A stretch of DNA of 64,000 nucleotides from a virus (IMGVR_UViG_3300005573_000995:22877-86876), one strand, 5' to 3'. Positions 34,228-43,759 are shown, numbered from the stretch's first letter. Made by a program: numbers and translations. The notes: generated from the letters alone by a model not told the origin.

Positions 34228-34284
34228 AATAATGATATTTAAAAGGATATATTTAAAGTTTTCAAATCTTTAGGTGAACAAAAT

Positions 34285-34728
34285 TTGCCCGTATTAGCAA
34301 GTAGTGCCGTGATTGCTCAAGAATTTAGTGGAGCATCTATTTCATCAAGCGTAATTACAATTTATGGAGTAGGGCATGGAAGACCTTATGCCATCCGAGA
34401 CATTAATCAAAATAACGTTATCTGTGATGTAGCTACTACTGATGACGTGATTATTGATGTAAGCGGATTGTCTTTGCCTATGGCCGGCTATATTGTTGTA
34501 TATACTCTGCAAGGGCTTAGTGCTTCTCCCTGGTGCTTCTTAAAGGTTAATCAAATCTATGGGGGGGATATATATCGTGTTATTAGAACCAATACATATA
34601 ACCCTCCGGTCTTGCAGGGCAAGATAACAACAAGGGTAGATGGAGCAAAAAAGCTTTTGACTCCTTCGCAAATTGTTTCTTTGATTAATCAGGGAAAAGA
34701 CGTAGAAGTTATTGGCGATAGTGTCTAA
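34285..34728 (+). CDS. Hypothetical (possibly virion) protein
   Basis: SD GGTGA; beta-rich composition. Confidence 0.7.
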   Translation: MPVLASSAVIAQEFSGASISSSVITIYGVGHGRPYAIRDINQNNVICDVATTDDVIIDVSGLSLPMAGYIVVYTLQGLSASPWCFLKVNQIYGGDIYRVIRTNTYNPPVLQGKITTRVDGAKKLLTPSQIVSLINQGKDVEVIGDSV

Positions 34729-34800
34729 ATTCTTAAGGACTTTGGAGATAAGGGTAAAGATTTAAATATATGGACAGAAAGCTTATAAGACAGAGAAAAT

Positions 34801-35088
34801 ATGTCCTTCGAGACCGAAATACTAAAATATGAAAATCAAATTAAAGACTTAATGGAAAGAATTCATGAACTCAGCCCTACTCGTATAGTCTATAATGCTA
34901 TTGAAATTAATGGTGAAAAGCACCTCTTATATGGGGCAACATTTGCTTCTAATGGGCGCCTTGAAGGTCTCGAAGTTAAGAAGGTAAAAGATTCAGTAGA
35001 AGCTGAGCTGTGGGAGCTTGTTCGTCAAAGAGAAGACTTACTCTTTGAATATGACAAGTTAGTTAAGACTCAAATAAAAAGTGGTTGA
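34801..35088 (+). CDS. Hypothetical protein
   Basis: TATA at 34761. Confidence 0.7.
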   Translation: MSFETEILKYENQIKDLMERIHELSPTRIVYNAIEINGEKHLLYGATFASNGRLEGLEVKKVKDSVEAELWELVRQREDLLFEYDKLVKTQIKSG

Positions 35089-35283
35089 AATATGTGTCAT
35101 ATAGACCGAAAGGGAGACGTAATAGCTACCTGCAAAATATATGCTGAATTGAAAGGAGAATTAACGACTGCTCAAACTCAAGAAGTGGCCGACTTAATTA
35201 AAGAGCTAACAGACAAATTGGCAAAACATTACGACCATTCTTGGGCGATGACTATTCAATACGATAAGTGAACGTGAGTTTAA

Positions 35284-38200
35284 ATGAGTGAGGAGATAGA
35301 CGCCGTTCTTAGAGCTTATGGTCTTAGAGGCTTAAAAGGGGCGGTGGAAAAAGAGGGAAGAGTAGCAACTTATCGTACAGCACCTACTAGAGTTCAGGAG
35401 AGATTTCTAAAGGAGGACTCTTTTGAATCTTGGCGTGATGAGGATTATTGGAGTAGTGTTGCTAAAAGATATTTAGCTGACCTTGGAATAGGTTTTGTAG
35501 TTAGCCCTTGGGTAGCTGGATGGGAACGTATCTGGGGAGCTACGCCGATTGAGGACTACGCACGTTATAAGGAAATGTACAGTGTCCATAAAGACAGACC
35601 TCTAATTATTCTTTGGAACAAAGAAGTAAAAATCTTTACTTTTGAAGAACTCTGGAATGAACTTGCCAAAAAATTCAAAGTTCAATACAATGGACAAGAA
35701 GAAATTATTATCATACCTTATCAACAGAATAAGAAGGAAGAGGAACAATTTACAATTAAAACTCTTTCCGCTTTGAATCGTTATTGTGGACTAAAGAAAG
35801 ACCAAACGGCTTCAAGGAGTCATTATGGAGCATGGAGAAGAATAAACTATATCGTAAGACATAGATTTACTGGAGACTTAATTAGATTACAACAGAGAAA
35901 TGGAGAAACAATCGTAACTCCTAACCACTCTGTTTATGACGAAAATTTCAATCTTGTCAAGCCAGAATCTAATCCCAATCTCATGAAAATACGGAGAATC
36001 GCTAAGTTTGAAGAGTTGCCTGAAAGAGATGAACTTATAATTGATATTCCGCTCATTACAACTGTTAGTAAAAAGGTTCCAATGCCGAATGGAGGGTACA
36101 GAATACGCACTTATCAGACACAATATGTAGTTAGTAGAAAACTCTCGGGGGTAGCACTTCAGAATTTTGCGTATTTCTTAGGTGCATACGTTAGTGAAGG
36201 ATACATATATTATAAGGATGGTAAAGCAAAAGGCATTACAATTTCTAATTCCGACAAACAATATTTGCAAAGACTGGCAACTTATGTTCCATCTTTTATG
36301 AATAGACCTAACGCTCCAATCTATAAGGAAGGAAGGGTATATGCGCTTACCATTCTCAGCAGAGATTTGGCTCAAATTGTTGAGCAATATTGCGGAAGAT
36401 ACTGTAAACACAAGCAAGTTCCATCATTTATTTTTACTGCACCAAAGGAAGTCAAAAAGGCATTTTTAGAAGGCTATTCATTTGGAGATGGACTAAAGAA
36501 AGCTCTATTAAAGGGCGTATATAGTGGAACGACTATTTCCCCCAAACTTGTTGCTGGACTAAGTTTGCTTTTCACTCAGCTTGGTTCCTCTTTTGGAATT
36601 TCTTATGGCTTAACAAAAGGCAATAACAGAAGCTATGAAATAAAGCAAACCAAATGGTATACAAATCTATATAGAAGGAACAAAATAGAGAAAATAGCTT
36701 ATGACGATTATGTTTATGACATTGAGGTAGATGGACTACACAATTTTGTTGATGGTGTCGGGCTTGTTGTCCTTCATAATACTAGGGTGCCTTTTATATC
36801 ATCTGCCATCGATTTACAAGTCAATCTTTGTGCTGCTAAAGGATTTATAATTAGTTATCAAGGACCAGAGGAGGTTAAAAAAGAAATTGAAAAACATCTA
36901 GAACGCTTTGATATAAATAATCTAGCACGCATAATTTTTACCGATATGCTTGTGTTTGGCAATGCTTATGTTGAAATAATTAGAAGATGGAGATGCAAGT
37001 CAAAAGACCACCAAGAATCTGACTTACCTTCTCTCTCGGATAATCCAGACTATCGAAAAGTAAATGGTGGCATTATATTCGAGACTGATTTGAGAGAAAA
37101 AGCAGTAGAACATCTGCAAAAGTATCCAGACCACGAATTTGAGAGCAAATATGGCGAGGTTATAGCTTTAAAGCCATTAGACCCCTATTACATGCGTCTT
37201 AACAGGGACCCTTGGGGGTCTCACCCTCCAGATGAGAGGTTAATATTCTTCAATGATAATAGGCTTGTTCTAGAACCGCTGGGAGAATATGTTAGCAAAA
37301 ATGCTACCAAAGAAAATACTTCTTATATCTCAAATGAAACAAGACTAATACAGCACCCGTTTATCTTGCCAAGCATGGAAAAAGATAAGGTCGTCCTTAA
37401 CGTCTCGCCACACCTTATAGAGCACTATTATTCAGGAGATATGTATGATATTTATACTATGTATGGTTCAAAGGTAAGGGCGACGGGTAACCATAGTGTC
37501 TTTACTTGGAAACCGAAGCACAAGAATCATACATTTCCTGGAGAACTTGAATTAAAAGAGACGAGAGATATTAAAGTAGGAGATTATGTATTAATATCAA
37601 GAAAGTTTCCTGTTTTCAAAGAAGTGCCTTTAGATATTAAAGTTTCAAGAATTTTTATGGAAAACATGACTATTGAGGAGTTACATGACTTTGGAATACA
37701 ATCTAATTCTCTTAAAGTTGAGGACTATAAGAACAAACTGCTTGAATATCTTAGAAAAAAGAATATTAAATACCCAGAACTAGACTATAATCATTATAAG
37801 AAGAAGCATATCCTACCTCTTGACTTTGTTAAAGAAGCTAATATATCTGTACCAGATGATGCCATAATAATAGGATGGCATGCAAAGACAGAAATAAAAG
37901 ATAAATTAGAACCAAACGGACTACTCTATCTTCTTGGTCTTCTCTTATCTGACGGTTGTCTTTCGACCGATAACAAAAGAACTGGTAAAGTTCTATTTTC
38001 GGGAGATTCGGTAGAGAATAATACTTTCTTAGAGGCTTGGCTTAAAGAAAACTCAATAAAGTTCAGCAAAAAGATTGATAAGAGAGAAAGACTTATATGG
38101 AAAGAGCAGAAGAATCTAGTTTCTGTTCCCAATCTTTCCATTTACAACCGTGCTCTCTACTCTTTATGCAAACTTTTGTTACCTCAAGAAAAGAAGTTGC

Positions 38201-39669
38201 CATCGTGGCTATATACTTTGCCTCTCTCACAATTAAAATACTTTATTAAAGGTCTTTGGGATGGAGACGGATGGCATAAAGACACTAGGATAACTTTCAG
38301 ATACTTTACGAGAGATAAGAGATTAGCAGAAGATTTGATTCTCCTCCTTAAGCGCTTTGGAATAGTCGCTTCTCTTAGTATGAGGGAGGGAAGAGGAAAG
38401 AAGCTCGATTATGATGTTCAAGCTTATGTCGAGCCATTAGATATACTTGACTGGGACAAAGGCGTTAAGCAAAGAACTAGAGCGTCCGCTTATGGAGATT
38501 TTCTTATAGTAAAAGTTAAGAAGATAGAGAAGTCCTTTTATAAGGGACCAGTATACGACTTTGAAGTGCCAGGCTCTGAAAGTTATCTCTCTTCCTCTGG
38601 TATCCTAGTGCATAATACGGTGCTGGGATATATCCAACTATTAACTGTTCCTCCTGTAAAGTTTACAGCAGACCAGATATTACATATTAGATTTAAAGCG
38701 AAGAGTTGGAATTTCGAATCGGCCTATGGCACGAGCATCCTAAGGAGCTTACTTTTCCACGAAGCCCTTATCGATGAACTTGAGAAGAACATGGGGGCAA
38801 TTGTCGCCACTTATTTGAAGCCTATGCTTGTTGTGAAAATTGGTAGTGCTGACCCCAATGCTCCTGAAATTACTGACGAGCAATATGATGCGATAGTTAA
38901 GGCTTTTGCTGGAAGACAAGCTACTACCGATATTTTTGTCAGGCAGGGCTTAATAAATGACGTAATTACCATTAACCCACCAATAGCAGGCGTTCAAGCA
39001 GGTGAGTGGTGGCTCAATTATCTCAAAGAGCAGAGAGAATTTGCTTTAGGAGTTCCAAAGATTTTTGCTGGGCAACCAGAGAAATCGAATAGAGCAACCG
39101 CTCAAATGGTTATGCAAGAGTTCATTACAAGATTAACTTCTCTCCAAGAGAGCTTCTCTTCTCAATTTGAGAAGCAAATATTTGTTGCAATTATTAAGTC
39201 GAAGTTTGAGAACTGGAAGGAATTAATAGACAAGTTTGGAATACCGAAGATATCATGGAACCCAATAATTGAGGAAGACCCAACGCAGACTTTACAGTAT
39301 GCGGTTCAAGGATGGTCAGCGGGCTTACTTACTCGAGACGAGGCAAGAAAGAAATTAGGGTTGCCTCAGTTAGATAAGAACGTCTATGGGAACATTGGTG
39401 ATATGATTTTGAGGCCAGATTTAGCACAACAGGCAGCCCTTCATGGCGGACTCAATCCTTCAATAGTTCCAGCAGGAGGAGCAGAGGTTGGTCCAAGGGG
39501 TCCGCAAGACCAGTTTAAGAAGGTTCAAGACTTACAAAAAGAAGAAACTCCAGAAGGAATCGAAGAGAAATTATCTGAGGCAATAGATAGCGGAATAATA
39601 ACGGTAGATGAAGCTCGTCAATGGCTTGAAGAGAAAGGTGAAGTAACGCCAAAGAGGAGAAAGAAATGA
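35284..39669 (+). CDS. Portal protein with two inteins (~595 aa after splicing)
   Basis: DMLVFGNAYVEI, LKPLDP, ILHIR...YGTSIL, ALGVP, NRATA and LLTRDEARKKLG portal motifs. Confidence 0.9.
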   Translation: MSEEIDAVLRAYGLRGLKGAVEKEGRVATYRTAPTRVQERFLKEDSFESWRDEDYWSSVAKRYLADLGIGFVVSPWVAGWERIWGATPIEDYARYKEMYSVHKDRPLIILWNKEVKIFTFEELWNELAKKFKVQYNGQEEIIIIPYQQNKKEEEQFTIKTLSALNRYCGLKKDQTASRSHYGAWRRINYIVRHRFTGDLIRLQQRNGETIVTPNHSVYDENFNLVKPESNPNLMKIRRIAKFEELPERDELIIDIPLITTVSKKVPMPNGGYRIRTYQTQYVVSRKLSGVALQNFAYFLGAYVSEGYIYYKDGKAKGITISNSDKQYLQRLATYVPSFMNRPNAPIYKEGRVYALTILSRDLAQIVEQYCGRYCKHKQVPSFIFTAPKEVKKAFLEGYSFGDGLKKALLKGVYSGTTISPKLVAGLSLLFTQLGSSFGISYGLTKGNNRSYEIKQTKWYTNLYRRNKIEKIAYDDYVYDIEVDGLHNFVDGVGLVVLHNTRVPFISSAIDLQVNLCAAKGFIISYQGPEEVKKEIEKHLERFDINNLARIIFTDMLVFGNAYVEIIRRWRCKSKDHQESDLPSLSDNPDYRKVNGGIIFETDLREKAVEHLQKYPDHEFESKYGEVIALKPLDPYYMRLNRDPWGSHPPDERLIFFNDNRLVLEPLGEYVSKNATKENTSYISNETRLIQHPFILPSMEKDKVVLNVSPHLIEHYYSGDMYDIYTMYGSKVRATGNHSVFTWKPKHKNHTFPGELELKETRDIKVGDYVLISRKFPVFKEVPLDIKVSRIFMENMTIEELHDFGIQSNSLKVEDYKNKLLEYLRKKNIKYPELDYNHYKKKHILPLDFVKEANISVPDDAIIIGWHAKTEIKDKLEPNGLLYLLGLLLSDGCLSTDNKRTGKVLFSGDSVENNTFLEAWLKENSIKFSKKIDKRERLIWKEQKNLVSVPNLSIYNRALYSLCKLLLPQEKKLPSWLYTLPLSQLKYFIKGLWDGDGWHKDTRITFRYFTRDKRLAEDLILLLKRFGIVASLSMREGRGKKLDYDVQAYVEPLDILDWDKGVKQRTRASAYGDFLIVKVKKIEKSFYKGPVYDFEVPGSESYLSSSGILVHNTVLGYIQLLTVPPVKFTADQILHIRFKAKSWNFESAYGTSILRSLLFHEALIDELEKNMGAIVATYLKPMLVVKIGSADPNAPEITDEQYDAIVKAFAGRQATTDIFVRQGLINDVITINPPIAGVQAGEWWLNYLKEQREFALGVPKIFAGQPEKSNRATAQMVMQEFITRLTSLQESFSSQFEKQIFVAIIKSKFENWKELIDKFGIPKISWNPIIEEDPTQTLQYAVQGWSAGLLTRDEARKKLGLPQLDKNVYGNIGDMILRPDLAQQAALHGGLNPSIVPAGGAEVGPRGPQDQFKKVQDLQKEETPEGIEEKLSEAIDSGIITVDEARQWLEEKGEVTPKRRKK
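35581..36780 (+). mobile_element. Portal intein 1 (400 aa)
   Basis: EMY|SVHKD...VVLHN|TR; IVTPNH, FLGAYVSEG, FLEGYSFGDG. Confidence 0.9.
37219..38616 (+). mobile_element. Portal intein 2 (466 aa)
   Basis: DPWG|SHPPDE...GILVHN|TV; RATGNH, LLGLLLSDG, FIKGLWDGDG. Confidence 0.9.
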
Positions 39670-39887
39670 AACTCAAATCTGTATCCCATCCTAACGTGGT
39701 TACCAAAGAAGAAGGCTATAGAATATGCCCTACTTGTGATGGTAAGGGAGTAGTCTTTGATTCGTTAAATAATCCGCATCTTTGCCCCAAATGTGATGGA
39801 GAGAAGAAAATAAAGATTAAAACAAATGTCTCTAATGCAAGCGAAACAGATAGAGATACGACAGTTTTAACGTTTAGAGGTGCTTGA
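39666..39887 (+). CDS. DnaJ-type Zn-finger protein
   Basis: CPTCDGKG...CPKCDG. Confidence 0.7.
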   Translation: MKLKSVSHPNVVTKEEGYRICPTCDGKGVVFDSLNNPHLCPKCDGEKKIKIKTNVSNASETDRDTTVLTFRGA

Positions 39888-40197
39888 AATGAGAACCGAT
39901 GCCCGCAAGGTACCAGTCAAATGCCAGATGTGTGGCTATATAACTGTTGTCTATAATGACTCATGGATTTGGTTCTGCCCTACTTGCGGTGGTACTCATT
40001 TCGATGTTGATAAATATATGGTAGGAAAAGACGAATATTATCGGCAAGAAAGAATAAACAAAGTAATTCCACTTCAAAAGGTTCAGCAACAGCTTTGGGG
40101 AACTGGACACTATCCTCATGATGACAAAGAGAAAGAATATCAGAAGATAGTATTTTCTCAGCTTCCTCCAAAGATACGTCCTAAACCGAGGTGGTAA
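39880..40197 (+). CDS. Zn-ribbon protein
   Basis: CQMC...CPTC. Confidence 0.7.
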   Translation: MLEMRTDARKVPVKCQMCGYITVVYNDSWIWFCPTCGGTHFDVDKYMVGKDEYYRQERINKVIPLQKVQQQLWGTGHYPHDDKEKEYQKIVFSQLPPKIRPKPRW

Positions 40198-40204
40198 TAT
40201 ATAG

Positions 40205-40303
40205 ATGAAATGTGATAATTGTAATTATGAGATGACAAATATGAATTCATGTGCCTATGTTTGTCCTAATTGTGGGACAAAAATTGATTGTTCGGACTGG
40301 TGA
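40205..40303 (+). CDS. 32-aa Cys-rich microprotein MKCDNC...CPNCGTKIDCSDW
   Basis: Translated by hand; SD GAGGTGG upstream. Confidence 0.65.
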   Translation: MKCDNCNYEMTNMNSCAYVCPNCGTKIDCSDW

Positions 40304-40312
40304 GAAAGTAAA

Positions 40313-40564
40313 ATGAGTTGTTTAGATGCTAATAAGTGGAAGGCTCTGATGATGACCGATATGATGATTAGTGACAAACCAGCCATAGCATATCCTCTAT
40401 TGCCTAATAAGAAAGGCAAGATTAAGATTAAGATAAAGAAAGAACTAAAAAAGAAAGAATGCCCACCCTCTTTAATGACTAAAGAAGAGTGGGACAAAAT
40501 TAAGGAAATGACAGGAGAAACGGAAGAGGAGGACTACTCGAGCCATCCTCTTTATGAGAGGTGA
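40313..40564 (+). CDS. Hypothetical protein
   Basis: SD GGTGA; operonic. Confidence 0.6.
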   Translation: MSCLDANKWKALMMTDMMISDKPAIAYPLLPNKKGKIKIKIKKELKKKECPPSLMTKEEWDKIKEMTGETEEEDYSSHPLYER

Positions 40565-40572
40565 AAGATTAG

Positions 40573-40884
40573 TTGCCAGGAATCGATGAATCTCCCCAAC
40601 AGTGGAGATATAGAGTTAATGACCCCAGTAGATATAAGAGAATGCGCTATGGAAAAGACGTTTTTGGGGAGGGTATAGATGTGATATGGGGAGTAACGGA
40701 TGATGGAAGAGCAGAAGTGCAAGCACTTAGGTTCAATAAGGACAAATTCAAAGATAAGAAATCCGTCCAAGATTGGATAAAGAAACATCAAAGCGAATTA
40801 AGGCAAATGAAAGCGAATGAAATAGAATGGAGTAGTTTCCTCTCATCGTATAAATATAATGAATTGACTGGGCTATCCCTCTAA
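40573..40884 (+). CDS. Head-module accessory domain protein
   Basis: RYRV.DP...GI.VI.G...QALRF.K..F....V..W pattern, often attached to prohead proteases. Confidence 0.7.
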   Translation: MPGIDESPQQWRYRVNDPSRYKRMRYGKDVFGEGIDVIWGVTDDGRAEVQALRFNKDKFKDKKSVQDWIKKHQSELRQMKANEIEWSSFLSSYKYNELTGLSL

Positions 40885-40910
40885 GATATCAAAGGAGCTT
40901 AGACGGAGAG

Positions 40911-41321
40911 ATGGACTGGAAAGATACTAAAGATTGGTATATATGTCAAATCGGAAATAGAGAGACATACAAGAAGACACTATTTAAGAAAGCAACTATC
41001 GATAGTCGAGTTAAGATACTATATGGGAAAGATGGGAAGAAAGTAGGTATTCTTCAAATACTCTTCCCCAAAAAATATTTTACTCTATATGATGCTCAGT
41101 GGTGGCTCAAGAGTTATACAGCCTCTCTTGCTCTATCTAGTCAGCTAGGCTCTCTTAACGCCTATGAAGTCGAATTTATCAATTCCTATTCGCAATACGA
41201 TAGCGCTTTAATAGCCAAATATTCTGGTATACCATCTCTCCAATTCATTTGGAAGAAGGGGAATAGCTTGCTGAATCAAAAAGAATATGAAAAGGTGAAA
41301 GACGAATGTCAGAAAATATAA
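40911..41321 (+). CDS. Divergent paralog of 40573..40884
   Basis: VKILYG...ILQILFPKKYFT..DAQWW aligns with the preceding gene. Confidence 0.6.
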   Translation: MDWKDTKDWYICQIGNRETYKKTLFKKATIDSRVKILYGKDGKKVGILQILFPKKYFTLYDAQWWLKSYTASLALSSQLGSLNAYEVEFINSYSQYDSALIAKYSGIPSLQFIWKKGNSLLNQKEYEKVKDECQKI

Positions 41322-41689
41322 GAACTAAAAGAGATGAAGACCTATTAGTTGTCCTAAACCGAGAAGTTGGAGAACTTAAAGTATTAGTTACAGAAATAAA
41401 TGAGCATGCCAAAGAAAATATAAAATCTATCAATAATATAGAGCAAAATATCGGCAAAATAGAAGCTCATATAAACAAATTAAATGAAGAGCATGGGGTT
41501 CTTGTTGTTCGTATGGACGAATTAGAAGAGAAAGAACGAAAGAGAGAGGAATGGCAAAACGAATGGGACATAAGTTGGAAGCATTTTAAGACGACACTTA
41601 AACTTACGGTTTCTGTAGTTGGATTTGTAGTAACCATTCTTACTCTCTTAAACCTTTGGAACTTAGTTGCCGGGAGGCTTTTGCCTTGA
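41306..41689 (+). CDS. Coiled-coil protein with C-terminal TM helix
   Basis: Heptad region followed by VSVVGFVVTILTLL. Confidence 0.7.
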   Translation: MSENIRTKRDEDLLVVLNREVGELKVLVTEINEHAKENIKSINNIEQNIGKIEAHINKLNEEHGVLVVRMDELEEKERKREEWQNEWDISWKHFKTTLKLTVSVVGFVVTILTLLNLWNLVAGRLLP

Positions 41690-42339
41690 GCTATTTAAAT
41701 GTATTTGAAAAGTTTAATGTCAATGTAGCTCCCAAATATTTGGAGATAAACAGAAGGCTATTCCACGATATTCTTTTGATGAGCGCCTACACCCGACAGA
41801 CTAAGGAGGAGAGTGGGGGCTTTGTAATACGGGGGAAGCATGGACATATAGGAGTTGTAGCAGTTCAAATCGGGAAGGATAGAGAGATTAATCTTTATCC
41901 TTCTGAAACCTTATATAGTGGCGAAGAGTATTTAGGGACTTATCACGCGCATCCAGTGACAAATACATTTAGTATAGCGGATGTGGCTACTTTTCTTTAT
42001 GACCGCAACGAGAAAATAAGTTTAAATAGTGGTGATGATAATAGCATAAATGCAACTATAAAGACCCCTCAAACTATTCAAATTAGTAAAGAGGACATTT
42101 CTTTCCTTGAAAAGAACTTTAAACAGGAGGATATTGCTAAGTTAGCAAATATATATCACTTTCTCTATTACAAAGGAAAAAGTAATTCACGTATATTAGA
42201 ATTACAAAATGACGGTATGACCACAACAGAAAAAGAAATGTTTGATGATTTCGTTAGAAATATTAGAGGACTTCCACGAATACCAAGAACGTGGGTGAAA
42301 AAGAAACCGAAAGTTCATCAATATTTGTTTAGTGAGTGA
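41656..42339 (+). CDS. JAB/MPN+ (JAMM) metalloprotease-domain protein
   Basis: EESGG...GTYHAHP..FS.AD matches E-xn-HxH-x6-S-x2-D; true start probably the TTG at 41686. Confidence 0.8.
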   Translation: MELSCREAFALSYLNVFEKFNVNVAPKYLEINRRLFHDILLMSAYTRQTKEESGGFVIRGKHGHIGVVAVQIGKDREINLYPSETLYSGEEYLGTYHAHPVTNTFSIADVATFLYDRNEKISLNSGDDNSINATIKTPQTIQISKEDISFLEKNFKQEDIAKLANIYHFLYYKGKSNSRILELQNDGMTTTEKEMFDDFVRNIRGLPRIPRTWVKKKPKVHQYLFSE

Positions 42340-42345
42340 TGGAAA

Positions 42346-43752
42346 ATGGATATGAGAATTGTTTATTACGCATCGATTACTCCAGCAGTAGATGCTGAGA
42401 CACAAAAGAAAATGCTAGCTGAATTTGAGCAATATAACAAACTTCCTCCAGTTCTTAAAGTAAAAGGAGTAGCTATTGATGCCTCGGTTAATAAAAACCG
42501 TTGGAAAGTTGAACCGGAAGATTTAGATTATCTTGTAGAAGAAGCAAATAAAAGAATACAGAACCCTCTAGGTGGAATTCAATACCGCTTAGACCATAGT
42601 GAGAATGTAAGGAATATAATTGGCAAGGTCAATAAATATTGGAGAGAAGGGGATAAAGTCTATTATGAGGCAGAGACAGATGACCCAGATATAATTCGCA
42701 AAATCTTAAGAAATTATATCAAATTTGATAGCATCCAAATTGATAGTTCATCTGCTTATTGCTCATATTGTCTAGAAGAACTTAAGGCTGGAAAATATAA
42801 GTCTGAGGAAGAAATGATTAAGAAAGGATTACTTAGAACTAGAGATGAGAATGGAGTATTAATGCATTTACATCAAGGAGCTTACGAAGTCGTTAGAAAG
42901 CCAAAAGTGCGTGAACAAAGCCTAGTAGCAACGCCAGCCTATGACTCGGCTATAACTGTTCCTATTGGCTTTAGTGCAGCAATCGATAAGCTAACGGAAG
43001 ACCATTCTTATATAGAATTGACGCCTATTGATGGTCAAAAGATTGAAAATATATCTAATAAAGAGGAAAAAGCTGAGAAAAATATAACAACTGCCGAAAA
43101 TGTTTATATAGGAGATAAGAAAGAAAAGGAGACAGAGACTAAACCAAAATTGGGTGAAGTCTCTTCTGATGAACCCAAGAATTTGGGTGTGGGGATTCTA
43201 GCCCATAGGGACAATGAATCCGACATAACGACAAAAGCGATTGAAAGGAAAGGAGTGTTTGAAATGTCTGAAAGCAAGGCTGAAGAGAAAGTAACTCTTA
43301 AGTCCGATGCGGTTCAGAATCTGTCTTCGCAACCAGAGAAGAGTGCTCCAGTAGACTACGAGAAACTTATCAATGCGTTTACTCAAGCTCTAGATAAGCT
43401 GAGTGACGTTGAAGGAATACAGACGAAGCTGGAGGAACTCTCCAAGAAATACGAAGAGCTTGTAAAGAAATACGAAGCCAAGAAGGAAGAGGAAGAAGAG
43501 GAAGAGGACGAGGCAAAGGTTAAGAAGGAAGCCAAGAAGAGGGATGAACAGCCTCCGGAGGACTCTGACGAAGAGGAAGAGTGCCCTCCGAAAGAAGAGG
43601 AGGATGAGGAAGAGGCTAAGAAGGCTTCTACTGTTGGCAAAGGCTTAATCTCCGCTTCTCCTGCAAATCCCGAGAAGGACAAGCTCGTTCCTGATTGGTT
43701 CGTAGAGCTTTACAAGGCTCATAAGAAGAATGTCTCTCCTTTTAGAGGGTGA
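42346..43752 (+). CDS. Prohead protease fused to a scaffold region
   Basis: N.NRW, RLDHS..IIGKV and EQSLVATPAY; acidic coiled-coil C-terminus. Confidence 0.85.
   Translation: MDMRIVYYASITPAVDAETQKKMLAEFEQYNKLPPVLKVKGVAIDASVNKNRWKVEPEDLDYLVEEANKRIQNPLGGIQYRLDHSENVRNIIGKVNKYWREGDKVYYEAETDDPDIIRKILRNYIKFDSIQIDSSSAYCSYCLEELKAGKYKSEEEMIKKGLLRTRDENGVLMHLHQGAYEVVRKPKVREQSLVATPAYDSAITVPIGFSAAIDKLTEDHSYIELTPIDGQKIENISNKEEKAEKNITTAENVYIGDKKEKETETKPKLGEVSSDEPKNLGVGILAHRDNESDITTKAIERKGVFEMSESKAEEKVTLKSDAVQNLSSQPEKSAPVDYEKLINAFTQALDKLSDVEGIQTKLEELSKKYEELVKKYEAKKEEEEEEEDEAKVKKEAKKRDEQPPEDSDEEEECPPKEEEDEEEAKKASTVGKGLISASPANPEKDKLVPDWFVELYKAHKKNVSPFRG
43096..43110 (+). promoter_or_regulatory. Internal BRE-TATA promoter for a nested scaffold/capsid transcript
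   Basis: GAAAATG-TTTATATA; SD GGAGTG plus in-frame ATG at 43264. Confidence 0.55.
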
Positions 43753-43759
43753 ATAAAAT

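Noticed and set aside
41733-41742. Isolated CAAATATTTG in the JAB gene
   Set aside because: A single coding-region copy is compatible with chance in AT-rich DNA.
43166-43192. Hammerhead ribozyme (CTGATGA followed by a stem)
   Set aside because: The stem is followed by GTGG, not the required GAAA, and stems I/III cannot be formed.
43383-43682. Minus-strand poly-Ser ORF and other short antisense ORFs within long genes
   Set aside because: Shadows of Glu-rich or otherwise biased + strand genes; no promoters or motifs.
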